A DNA stretch of 33,846 nt from Catajapyx aquilonaris (lineage: Eukaryota): contig KZ539089.1 in assembly GCA_000934665.2 (NCBI GenBank), forward strand, positions 1 through 33,846. The letters are read 5' to 3'. The position numbers were made by a program, and so were the translations under genes. Below the pieces are notes generated by a model. That model made no database searches. It worked only from the letters and a program-made list of their open reading frames with translations, and was not told where the DNA came from. Numbering within the stretch: the first letter of the stretch is position 1; the number at the start of each line of letters is the position of its first letter. Shown here in pieces: positions 12,134-22,832 of this stretch.

Positions 12134-13360
12134 TCAGCGGTGTCCGGATCTAGCTCCACGTAGCCTGAGACCTTCGCAGGAGGCCTCGGCTGACCGGCAG
12201 AGTGTGCATCGGCAACTGAGGGCCTCGATGACCTGGTATCGCTCCGTACCCGGCGATGCGTCCGGCTGACAATGACGGAGGATTATCTCTCGGCTGACCT
12301 TTGAGTCGTGGATACACACCGGATGATGTGACCTCTTGTAAGGAAAGCGCCAATCAGCTATCTGGAAGTCAAATCAACGGGGGGTCATTATTGTTGCCGG
12401 TACCGGTACGACATGCTTGGACGTACATTTAAAAATATTTTAAAATTTTAACTAATATGCAACATATTGGTTTCATGACCCATGTAGTTCAATAGATGTA
12501 CTGTACCTTCCTATTGTACAGTACCGGTACATACTCTAGTTTGAATACGCGTATAGCCTGAGGGGCATCAGAGTAACATGTGGTTGAATAAAAGACCTTC
12601 ACTTGCTCCTGAAAATTACATCATGATTTCACCCATGCCCTCAGGTCACGCACAGTCACATTGGGTCAACCTCATGTCTTTAATTTATTTTTTTGCATGT
12701 AAAAGTTATAGGCCAGTACGGCACGCTAGTAGTTTCGCAGCAAGTGAAAGTGTCAACCGGGCCCATGTCACGGTCCGTCACGTTGTCCTGTTGACGTCAC
12801 GATCGGAAGACCCTCCCACATTTTTAAATCGACCTTCACTTGCCGGGTCACTACTATAGTCACGGTCCGTCACGCTGGCCTCTACTGGCCACCGTGCCGG
12901 ATCGTGACATGGACCATGTTGACATCACGATCAGAAGAAGTGATTTTGACCCTCCCACATTTTAAAATCGACATTTATATATTTTTAAATTTGACACCTT
13001 CACTTGCCGGGTCACTACTAGTCACGGTCCGTCACGCTCGCCTTTACTGACCAACGTGACGGACTGTGACGAGCCGGTCAGCGTACTACACAAAAATTTT
13101 CCCCGGGGTCACCGTACCTCGTTGGAGTCGCACCTTCCCCAGCAGCTCATGACCCTTGCCACATCCCAGCAGAGTCTTCCCTGGTCATCAGTCTTGGTCA
13201 CCCTGTAGGAATAGAGTCGCCGGTGACAAGCCAGGGTCGATGCAGGGTCAACCGCCGCTTCCTCCTCCTCCTCTTCCTCCTGCTGGTCCAGCAAAGAGGC
13301 GGAGGCAACTGAGGCCACCAAAAGTAGCAGCATCAGCCAGCGTGGTCCGCACGACTCCAT
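12134..13360 (-). CDS. GPB5: Glycoprotein hormone beta-5 (thyrostimulin beta-type cystine-knot subunit), 156 aa
   Basis: Exons 13360-13118 and 12361-12134 with a GT-AG intron. Signal peptide, then TLACHRRLYSYRVTKTDDQGRLCWDVARVMSCWGRCDSNE|IADWRFPYKRSHHPVCIH...CRCTLCRSAEASCEGL. Confidence 0.96.
12760..13070. repeat. Degenerate duplicated repeat in GPB5 intron
   Basis: GTCACGGTCCGTCACG at 12767, 12859 and 13021 (also 6548; inverted near 13055). Blocks GACCCTCCCACATTTT and CCTTCACTTGCCGGGTCACTACTA are each duplicated. Confidence 0.75.
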
Positions 13361-13598
13361 GGTCCCGCCGCTTCTGCCTCGGGGCAGCTGATAATGTCAC
13401 ACCACCTGCCTGTTGCGTCCTCCTCCACCACCACCCTCCCGTGGGCGGGCGTCGGTGGCGTCGGCGCCGTGTCCACACCCGTCGCGACAGGAGGAGGAGG
13501 AGCTGCAGTACCTTTGACGTAAGAAGGCGCTGCAGCCTACGTGGGCAGTTTTTCGGGGAGGGCGTTGTACGTGTGGAGCCACAGGGGTACTTTTAACT

Positions 13599-13785
13599 TC
13601 TTTTATAATTGATATTAGGAAGGTTGGTCCGGCATTGCCTCTTCAACATCCAAGGGAAGGAAGGAAGCGGCTGTGGCATATTATACGGAAGCGACCCCGG
13701 AATTATCCTGGAAAACCACGGTCAGGATCGTCGGCCCCGGGATTCGAACCCAGGATTAGCAGTTGGACTCCTTATCCACCGGTTG
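13599..13785 (-). mobile_element. tRNA-derived SINE, same family as 755-960, internally deleted
   Basis: B box GGTTCGAATCC on the minus strand and shared body sequence; TSD GGGGTACTTT(T)AACT at 13584-13598 and 13786-13799. Confidence 0.85.
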
Positions 13786-13965
13786 GGGGTACTTTAACTG
13801 TACAGATACTACAGAACCATGAAAGTCTACCATTATAAACAGCAACAATGCACATTTTTTCCTAATAAAGCCTATACCGGGCTCGGGAGAAAAGCATGTT
13901 AACAGCCACTAACATGTTTTTCTTCCGAACCCTTCAATTACGAGCAGATGCATCATTTCAAAATA

Positions 13966-14369
13966 CAGGAAGTCCCCTGTCTACGAACTGGGTTACGTTC
14001 CTTGAAAATGTCCGTAAGTCGGATTTGCACGTAACTCGGATCCCTGATGATACAGCGTAAAGATGCTGCTCTAACGAACCACTTATACAGTAGCCTACAT
14101 GTGTGTTTGTTACATGCGTGGAAGAAGGTAATTTCCCCAGTATTTTTTTTTTTTAAATACAGTTTAATCCGGATATAACAGACTTAAAGTGACCGCGGAA
14201 ATCAGTCTGTTACAGCCGAATAGACAATATATGGAAGTATTCAGTCTTTCGAGTCTGTTATAGCCTAGGCTGTGAGATAATTACAATTCCTTATGGGTAC
14301 CCTTGGGAGACAGTATACGTAAGTACGGATCGCCGTAAATCGGGGCGTTCGTAAACCGGGGACTTCCAG
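13966..14369. mobile_element. pogo/Tigger-like MITE, possibly with a nested fragment near 14160-14270
   Basis: TA|CAGGAAGTCCCCTGTCTACGAAC ... GTTCGTAAACCGGGGACTTCCAG|TA. Confidence 0.75.
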
Positions 14370-14754
14370 TAGCAAAGCATAAATAACGTTCATATCGTGT
14401 GCGTCAACATTGACATATATAGGACCGTCCATTGAGCATCCAAAAGTAATTTCACCACAGAAATTTATTCCTGTCGAGGGTCCAGTTACCGCAGCGTATA
14501 GTTACGTACATCGGGCCAAAAATTGGTGTCCATAAATCGTAATTTATTAACTGGAACTGGAATAAGGGCTAATCCACCTCGGCTCTGAAATATGGGTAAA
14601 CTCTGCCGAAAATAAGCTTTTGGTGTGTTATTTAGCAAGTGGGTGTGGACCAATCCAAAAATGGAATTTTTTGTAGTATAAGTAGCGCCATCTGCACATC
14701 CTCCTGCTGTTCCCTAGCCCCTTGCTGTTCCCTTCGAGTGTGTCCTGTGTCCTT

Positions 14755-17700
14755 CTATTCAGTGGTGCTGGTACGTTGCTGTTGGGGCTGTAAAGCCAAC
14801 AACTTCTGTCTCTTCTCTTCCATCAGCCTCTCTCGGTGTTTGTGTATGTAGTCGGCGTAGTTTGGCAGTCCCCAGATGACACATGCGGACAATGCGGACC
14901 GGTACAGGTTCATGTCGGTGGCTTCGTACCACTCGTTGCCTCGGTCGTCGTAGCACTCCACATGGTAGATGGTTGTCACACCGTTGAAACCTCCTATGGC
15001 GAATATCATGTCGTCGATTACCTCCACAGCGAAGTTGGAACGGGGGTTGTACATGTCAGGAACCGAGTGCCAGGTGTTGGTGTCCGGGTTGTACTTTTCG
15101 CCGCTACACATACGAGAGATGCCGTTGAAGCCGCCTGGAAATGTCAGTATAACACGTCACAGCCCACCCCAACTTGACCCCTGGAGTGAGGGACTTGATA
15201 AATAAGAGGTGGACTAGCCCTCTTTTACAGAACGATCTGACGTCACACCGGCAGTGAGCATGCGCAGATGCTTTCAGAGCGATTCGAGGACATTATTGGA
15301 GGAAAGAGCTAGGTGGAGGCGGGGCTGAACGTGACGTCAGATGGTTCTTTGGTTTGACGGCCTGTTGACGCCCTCACAATTTGCGCCTAGGTCGCACGAT
15401 CAGACGCTTTGCGACCGACAAAAACGACAGAAACGGTCGCATGCCCCTAGTAGTTTTGTCGCTCGCAAAGCGTCTTGGTCGTGCGACAGAGGCTCAAATC
15501 GTGAGGGCAGTAACTAGCAGTGGGACGAAAATTCGACCATCCGATCTTACCAATGACGTAGATCCAGTTGTGGTAAGCGATGCACGAGACGCCAGACCGT
15601 CGAGAGCGCATCGGAGCAATCATGGTCCACTGGTTGGTCTCGGGGTCGTACACCTCAGCCGAGTTCATGCACTCCTGTCCGTTGAACCCTCCGGTTATGT
15701 AAATCTTACCTTTGAGGGTGGTTGCGCTGGCGTCCGACCTCTGCACGTTCATCGGTGCGATCAGGCTCCACTGGTTGGTCTTGTGGTAGTACTTCTCGGC
15801 CGTGTTCTGCCTGTGGTGACCGTCGTACCCTCCCATGGCGTAGATGACGTCGTCCAGGACCGCCACGCTCACGTAACACCTCCTTGCGTTCATCGGAGCC
15901 ACCTCCTTCCACTCCTTGGTGACCGCGTCGAAGCACCTGCACGAGTTGAAGTAGTCCATCCCGTCGAACCCTCCGATGACATAGATCTTATGTCCGATGA
16001 CGGCCGTGCCATGGTACGCCCTCATTCCGGCCGGATCCACCTCCAGCACCTGCAGAGACAAAGAAAGACAAAGGTGACACCGAAGAAGACAGTGAAGGTG
16101 GCAGCGAAGGTCGAAGGATGCTGTGCTGGACCATACCTTGATCCAGCGGTCAGCCCTGGTGTCGTATGTCTCGATGAAGTTGGTGGGCGTGCCCCCGCTC
16201 CAGCCTCCGATGGCGAAGAGTATCTCGTGGGGCAAGCGGGGGCGCGCCAGGTCAGGGGTCGGGACCTCTCCGTCGCGCTCTGTGATCATGTCCACGTCGT
16301 ACAGGAACTTCAAGGTCTCGATGATCACTGGTCGGCACTCCTCGCTGCCCGATACGTAAGGGTGGTCCTTTATCTAAAAATGGCGGCGGTCCAGCACGAT
16401 TGAGCCTGGAGGATTCACACGGGAAGTCGTTGTCTTTGGGGATCCGCCAATCAGAGCAGGCTGAGCTCTGATTGGCGGATCCCAAAGACTCTAAAGACAA
16501 ACGACACTCGTGTGAACCCAACCGGTTTGGTGAGACTTTTTGGGGGGAAAATTTTAAAAGAATCTATTGTTTCTCTTCAAATGTGGTCAGCCAGCGAAAG
16601 AAGTACCAACGTGACCTCTGACATCACTGTTGCCATTTTTCACTGCAATTGTTTCGTAGTTAAGCAACCAAAAAGATTCTCACTGGGATTTCAACTATAT
16701 GAAGGTACGACGTGTGAAGCTGCAATGACTATTGTCTAACGACCGGTCAAAAATGCAACAACAATGCTCGTGACGGCCCATTTACACGATGACGGTCATA
16801 ACGGATGTAGGAACGGTCAGCAAATCATAGTGCTCCACTCTGCTAGACGTAGCAGCGAGGAGGATTCTGATTGGCTTACCTTTCCTATACTAACAGGACT
16901 ATAGGACAGTCGTCGTGTAAATGGGCCTGGCATCTCATGTTACTTAAGAACTACAAGTAACAGTAGTGAGCATGTTCCATGCAATATTACGCGTTCCAAG
17001 AACACACTGATGTCCATGAGGCCCAAACGGACGGTCTTGAGCAGGTCCACGATGTGCACTCGACGCTGCTCAGGATCCACGTCGATCCACTTCACCACCG
17101 CGTCCCAAACTATCTCCTCGTTCTTGACGTTCAGCTCGTCCGAAGCTGCAAGTACCAACTTATAATGTAAACCAACTCGGTAAACCATTTTCAAAACGGT
17201 GCAATACTGACACAGGAGGGCCAGCACCTCCCCGATGGCCAGCTCCAGAAGCTCTTCAGACTCCTGCACCACCTCCGGAAAGTGCCTCAGGAGGAACCTC
17301 TTGGCGTCACACTGCAGCTCGGCGCAAAAGTGTTCTCTGAATCAAAAGTCTGGCTCTTACACACATTGTCTTTTTGCATTGTTGTTGGATCATCTAACCT
17401 GGCAAAGTTCTGGATCCCGATGCAGTTGGATGGAGAGAGCTGCTCCTGGAGGAACCTGCAGCAGTCGTTCAGCAATCCCAGAACCGCCAGGTAATCCGCA
17501 GCTCGCAGCAGGACGCAGACATTCTCCTCCGAGATCCGGGCTCGACGGGTGTACGCAAACTCGATGACCAGATGCATCACGTCGGATGTGATCCCAGGCA
17601 CTGCCACGTCGTGCTTCTCGCCTTCGTGGAGAGACGTCGTGAACAAAGCGCTGAGGAGAGGACCAGGAGGTTCACATTATGCGCAAGAAGCGCCCTGATG

Positions 17701-18178
17701 CGGAAAAACCGCGCTCACGGTCCAATAAGAGGAGTCGTTGCACTCTGGCCAATCAGAGGCGTCCGCATTGCCCATGCGTGGGTCTGACGCCTCCTATTGG
17801 CCAAACGGCTTGACGCTTCCTCCTATTGGCCAAGACTGCCGTTGTGGTGGGTGGCGCTTATTTGTGGTCTTACCGGAAGTATGGGCTGCAGGCGGAGAGT
17901 ATGGCCCTGTGTACCGGCAGTACGCCTCCGTCGTCGAGTCTGAGCACCGCGTCGCAGAGCTGGTTGTGGCAGTGCATCTCGTACAAGGCGTTCATGGCCT
18001 GGACGGACAGGGCCCGCTCGGGTGGCTCGTCCACCTCGCGCGTGCAGCTCTCCATGGTCGCACGATGGCCCGACCTGGGGCCCTCCTGCTTCGGACGACC
18101 ACTCTGCGCGCAAGGGAGGTACTTGGAGAACTCTTCTATGTTACGCTGACCTCCCTCCTTCTTCTGGCCCTCGGCCAT
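14755..18178 (-). CDS. KLHL10: Kelch-like protein 10-like (BTB-BACK-Kelch Cul3 substrate adaptor), ~650 aa
   Basis: Exons 18178-17874, 17650-17399, 17336-17212, 17145-16991, 16373-16137, 16049-15551 and 15134-14755; all GT-AG, total 1953 nt. BTB (LCDAVL..VHRAILSACSPYFRALF), BACK (SSDELNVKNEEIVW) and RPRLPHEILFAIGGW followed by six Kelch repeats. The start codon is uncertain; 18055 is an alternative. Confidence 0.9.
15229..15348. mobile_element. Short TIR element in kelch-gene intron
   Basis: AGAACGATCTGACGTCAC / GTGACGTCAGATGGTTCT inverted ends. Confidence 0.55.
15385..15493. mobile_element. Palindromic MITE (Harbinger-like) in kelch-gene intron
   Basis: GTCGCACGATCAGACGCTTTGCGACCGACAAAA / TTTTGTCGCTCGCAAAGCGTCTTGGTCGTGCGAC. 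Confidence 0.65.
16411..16518. mobile_element. Palindromic MITE in kelch-gene intron
   Basis: TTCACACG...GTCTTTGGGGATCCGCCAATCAGAGC / GCTCTGATTGGCGGATCCCAAAGAC...CGTGTGAA. Confidence 0.7.
16775..16927. mobile_element. PIF/Harbinger-like MITE in kelch-gene intron
   Basis: TIRs GGCCCATTTACACGATGAC / GTCGTCGTGTAAATGGGCC. Confidence 0.7.
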
Positions 18179-19435
18179 CAAAACAAGAGCGTTGCTAGGA
18201 ATTGTGACAATCGGTTCCTTAGTTTTGGTTTATTATTGGCCTTTCCTGGCCATATGTCAGCAGGCTACTTCCTGTATGGTGAACATGGGAGGCCATCTTG
18301 GACGTCAGAAAAACTTCATTGTCGCCAGGACAAGCAGCAATGACGTCTCCCACCAAAGAATGATGTGTAACAGGTCTTGAATGACTTGGCAATCGACACC
18401 TTTCCTGCTCATTGTGGACAAGTTTTGTTTTGATGTGGGAGGTGGTCTTTTAGAAGTTTGGTAACTGCTCAGTAGGATACTATAGGAATGGCGCTGAGGG
18501 CTCTATTTTTTCTGACTCTCCTTAACTTTGGCGTGTTATGCAACCAAAGAACAACAGTGACGTCACAATGGACTCTTCACAATGGAATCTTCACAAACTA
18601 GAAATTAAAGGCTAGTCAGGACAGTTGCATCAGTAGTAACTGAAGAGAATCAGTAGGTTTGTGGAAATGCTGAAATTATTGCAATTTACAATAAAGCTTC
18701 TGGAAGGTAATGCTTTCTGCACACGTGGCCATCATCATAATTATTAATTCCCATAGTTGTCAATTCGGAATGTGCAGTAATGATTGCAGAGTATAATATG
18801 ATGATCTGTTTCCTCCCTCTTCTCCAGATGGCTGTGCACATCTGTCCCAGAAATATCACATTTGACACTCAGTTTGCCACGGGAGAGTTCAATTATTTTA
18901 ATAGGCAGTGTCAAGAATTTGTCATAGACTATTGCAATAATGTGTTTTAAGCAACTGGCACTTTTATAAATATTTCCCTTTACATATTCATATTAAAAAG
19001 GGGGATATGCCAAATGATGTTAACTTCGAGTCACTAATGCAGGTCAACTCTAAAGAAATTCCGCGTGTGTATGGAAAACAGTGCAAATGATGATAATAAT
19101 ATCCCACTTGTATGAATATTGCTGCGTCATGTCACCTTCAAATCCATTATTTTCCAAATCCCCAAAAGGAAGGACACAGCTGCTGCTATCAGTCCTATGT
19201 ATAGGCCTACAGGATCTACCAGATACAATAGGCTACATACAAGTAATTGATATACTTTTTTTACTTCATGATCACGGAATTACACAAATTACCATAATTG
19301 CACTTTACACACTAATAACTAATGTCTTAAGTAGGCTACAAGTGTTTTGTTGCCAGTCATTAGCCCGTCTTACCGCGATAGCGCCCTTTCTTTACAATAT
19401 AAGTACATGCTGGAGAGAGTGTCAGTATCGAAGTA

Positions 19436-19500
19436 GCGCAGTGGTCTAGTGGTTAAGACTCTCTCTTCGTAACCTGAAGGTTGAAGGATCGAATCCTGAA
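19436..19500 (+). mobile_element. tRNA-like SINE head / pseudo-tRNA
   Basis: A box TGGTCTAGTGG and B box GGATCGAATCC; no intact acceptor stem. Confidence 0.65.
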
Positions 19501-19717
19501 AGAAAGACGTCGTTTCTTTTTATCGCTATGGACCTTTCCCGCTGTTACTTTATCTGACATTTCACATTTATTTCGCTTCGAACTGCATCTGGTAAATAAG
19601 TGGTTGCAAATGTAATTAATATACCGCCTGCCCTGGGAAGGGGGTGGAGAGGGGGAAATAAGGAGACACTTGAAAGAGACATGAAGGTATAGAGGCCTAT
19701 CCGACACGAAATTTTGC

Positions 19718-21491
19718 CTATCTAAAATCGCGTCGACGATCTGCGCATCTCCACCCACAGCAGAAGCGGGTGGAGATTTATTATTTGATTAATCCATAAA
19801 GCAATGCCACGACACAGTGATGCCGAATGACCGTCCTGATGACCCCAAGGAGGTGACGGCGATGACCACTCGCCTACGTCACATTCATACTGATACCAGA
19901 CAGCATTTGGCTAGGGGCAGACATCTTCACATCGGGAGATATACTGTATATCTATGTACTGTGCTCTGTATACAGTCTCATTACGAAAGATCCGACAGAT
20001 GGAGACCGAGGCAGGGCCTGGCCTCGGACCAAAAACCTAATATTAGGGCCTCTTAGGTCAAAGGTCAGCCTGCAACAAACCATGGGAAATACCCTAAAAG
20101 GTGTGCTGATTCATTTGCATGTGCTGGTGATTTTATAGGACCTATAGTTAAAATTTTAGGAGTGAATATTTGGGGGGCTAATGGGTTTGAGAATGGAACT
20201 CCCTGGTATAAGACAAATGTAGGGACTATGGGGATGGTAGGGTGGGGGCTGCCGGGATGGACAACACAAGCGGAGCCACTTGATCATTTAATTGACTTTT
20301 TATTTTTTTGACTTTTTTCTTCAAAAAAAGTGACCGCCCCCTCCCATTAAGCAGGTGTCTTAAAAATTTCCAAAAAGTATATAGCCGATTTTTCCTTATG
20401 GCCCATACTAGGGTATCAAAAGAAGGCTAGAGGTAGACAGGCGCAAGAGGTAGCAGGCTATTGACCCAAAATGGAGGGTATGCAAGGCAGACATTTTCGA
20501 TCCCGCAGCTGGCTTCCTACCTCCTGCGGTCTTTTGAGTTTTGACCCCCTATCATTGGCGCCCGGTTTAAACCAAAATTAAGAGCGATTTAGGACATACT
20601 GCATCTGGTAAATAGGCTAGACCCTTCCAACACTCACACCCTCGTTGCAGCTGAGCGTGGCTCAGAGGTAGCGCATCAGACTCCCAATCGGGAGATGCGG
20701 GTTCAAATCCCGAATCTCCGCGGTTGAGAGCCAGACATCTCTGGCCAAGATGGCGACTGTTTCTGCGCAGTTTCCCAAACACTTCTAGAGGTGTGAGGAG
20801 GAGCCGCGAAGAGGGGGAGGAAAGGGGGGAGGGGAGAAATTTTTTTGGGGAAATTTTAAGACACCTGCTTAATGGGAGGGGGTGGTCACTTTTTTCGAAG
20901 AAAAAAGTCAAAAAAATAAAAAGTCTTTCAAATGATCAAGTGGCTCCGCTTGTGTTGTCCATCCCGGCAACCCCCACCCTACATTTGCCTTATACCAGGG
21001 AGTTCCATTCTCAAACCCATTAGCCCCCCAAATATTCACTCCTAAAATTTTAACTATAGGTCCTATCCACTCACAAGCACATGCAAATGAACCAGCACAC
21101 TTTTTAGGGCATTTCCCATGGTTATTTGCAGGCTGACCTTTGACCTGAAAGGCCCTAATATTAGGTTTTTGGTCCGAGGCCAGGCCCTACGCCCCTACCG
21201 CGGTCTCCATCTGTCGGATCTTTCGTAATGAGACTGTATACAGAGCACAGTACATAGATATACAGTATATCTCTCGATGTGAAGATGTATGCCCCTAGCC
21301 AAATGCTGTCTGGTATCAGTATGAATGTGACGTAGGCGAGTGGTCATCGCCGTCACCTCCTTGGGGTCATCAGGACGGTCATTCGGCATCACTGTGTCGT
21401 GGCATTGCTTTATGGATTAATCAAATAATAAATCCCCACCCGCTTCTGCTGTGGGTGGAGATGCGCAGATCGTCGACGCGGTTTTAGATAG
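19718..21491. repeat. Large inverted repeat: arms ~19718-20376 and ~20841-21491, ~460-bp spacer
   Basis: The arms align in reverse complement along their whole length with scattered substitutions and small indels (roughly 90-95% by eye). Near-identical peptides MMPNDRPDDPKEVTAM appear on both strands in the ORF track. Confidence 0.95.
20650..20718 (+). mobile_element. tRNA-like head (CCC anticodon loop) in the inverted-repeat spacer
   Basis: TGGCTCAGAGGTAGCGC-ATCAGA-CTCCCAA-TCGGG...GGTTCAAATCC; acceptor stem not formed. Confidence 0.7.
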
Positions 21492-21649
21492 TCTATTTTC
21501 ATCCAATGCTTCGTGTAAGAAATAAAAATAATTTTATTTCTCATTCCCCACCCCCTCTCATCTTCTTTGCCCTTCTTGACCCGGAAGATGAAGAGGATGA
21601 TCTTGGCCTGAACTGACGGCAACAAATATTTTACTCACTCTCACTCTCA

Positions 21650-21722
21650 CTCGGGATTTGAACCCGGAACTCTAGATTGAGAGTCGAGAGCGCTGCTAAC
21701 ATGGCCAACTAGTACCAGCTGC
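21650..21722 (-). mobile_element. tRNA-like head (CTC anticodon loop)
   Basis: Minus strand TGGCCATGTTAGCAGCGC-TCTCGA-CTCTCAA-TCTAGA-GTTCCGGGTTCAAATCCCG. Confidence 0.65.
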
Positions 21723-22832
21723 TCTCATGTGGCAATCGGAAGGTCTAGCCTATTTACCAATTCAAACTTTTTAATGCTTTTGCCTTCACGTCATTTTTCT
21801 CTCTGTTTAGTGGCTTTGTATATTTTTTAAAAATCTGATTACATATTCGAATATTTTAATACGGATTTTAAAAGAATACAGAATTACATGCATAGAAATT
21901 GACTATTTAAAATCTCGTCGAGAAGAACTGGGATGTGTTTACTACTTTTGATTTAAAGTCGCGTAGTCATACTTACTCATTACCAGACGAAATAATAACA
22001 CTTTTGAAGGTGACCTCCCTGGAATGATCATGTTTCTGGTGCAATAACAAACTAATACTTTATTTTCATCTGGATAACCACATACAAAACGAGTCAGTCT
22101 TATCAGCAACTATGTGCATCAGAGCGGTATCGTTGTTACAGGTGCTCAAAAGCTTTCTATGCGTAAAGTGGAAGCACCATGCTGCCTAGAAACAGTTACA
22201 ATAAACAAATACAGTACAACTCATATAATATTATCTGTGTGAAATAAAAGCGCCGATTGTTCTTGCCTCTTTAGCATTAACCCACGATTGACGTCATCAT
22301 ATGTGCGAATCAAGTGCTGAGCATACTGTATGAAAATGTCTCATTACTAGATGTGGTGCTGTCAAATTGTGGAATTTTTAATGGTTGCAACTTGCAAGTG
22401 ACATGATTAGGTGTGGGACGGTGGTACTGTATTTGATTTGCAGTTAATGTCAAGTTCAATTTGGTTATATTTCGTCACAGTCACGCAAGACCTGATAGGG
22501 GCAATTACGCATGACGTTCCTCACCGCAAAATGTGACACGAATAAAACCGGAACTTCCGGTGTTTGAAAAACTATTTCATTACATACAATCTGGACTAGA
22601 ATAATGTGACTAATGTTCTTTTTTGTAGAAGCACGTAACAACTTGGCAGCAGGTGCTGAATACATGTCTTCACAGATATACTTCTGTATCAACTATGTGA
22701 GTTGCGTCTGACACAATAGCTTCAGTCGGTGAAGGAAGTAGCGTTGACCACTCCGTATGAAGCAAACGCTGCTTCTGCGCGCTCCAGTATCTGTGATCCG
22801 GTGGAAACTCCTGTAAAAACACACATTGCTGG

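Noticed and set aside
15381..16403. 340-aa plus-strand ORF
   Set aside because: Antisense shadow of GC3-rich kelch exons; no recognisable domain.
17690..17835. Multiple CCAAT boxes in the kelch first intron (similar cluster at ~10255-10335)
   Set aside because: The arrangement looks like a decayed palindromic repeat; there is no independent promoter evidence.
19836..19870. CTGATGA as a possible hammerhead ribozyme core (Penelope-like)
   Set aside because: No correctly placed GAAA or stem II/III could be built.
19817..21392. Duplicated peptide MMPNDRPDDPKEV on opposite strands
   Set aside because: A consequence of the inverted repeat; GTG start and no coding features.
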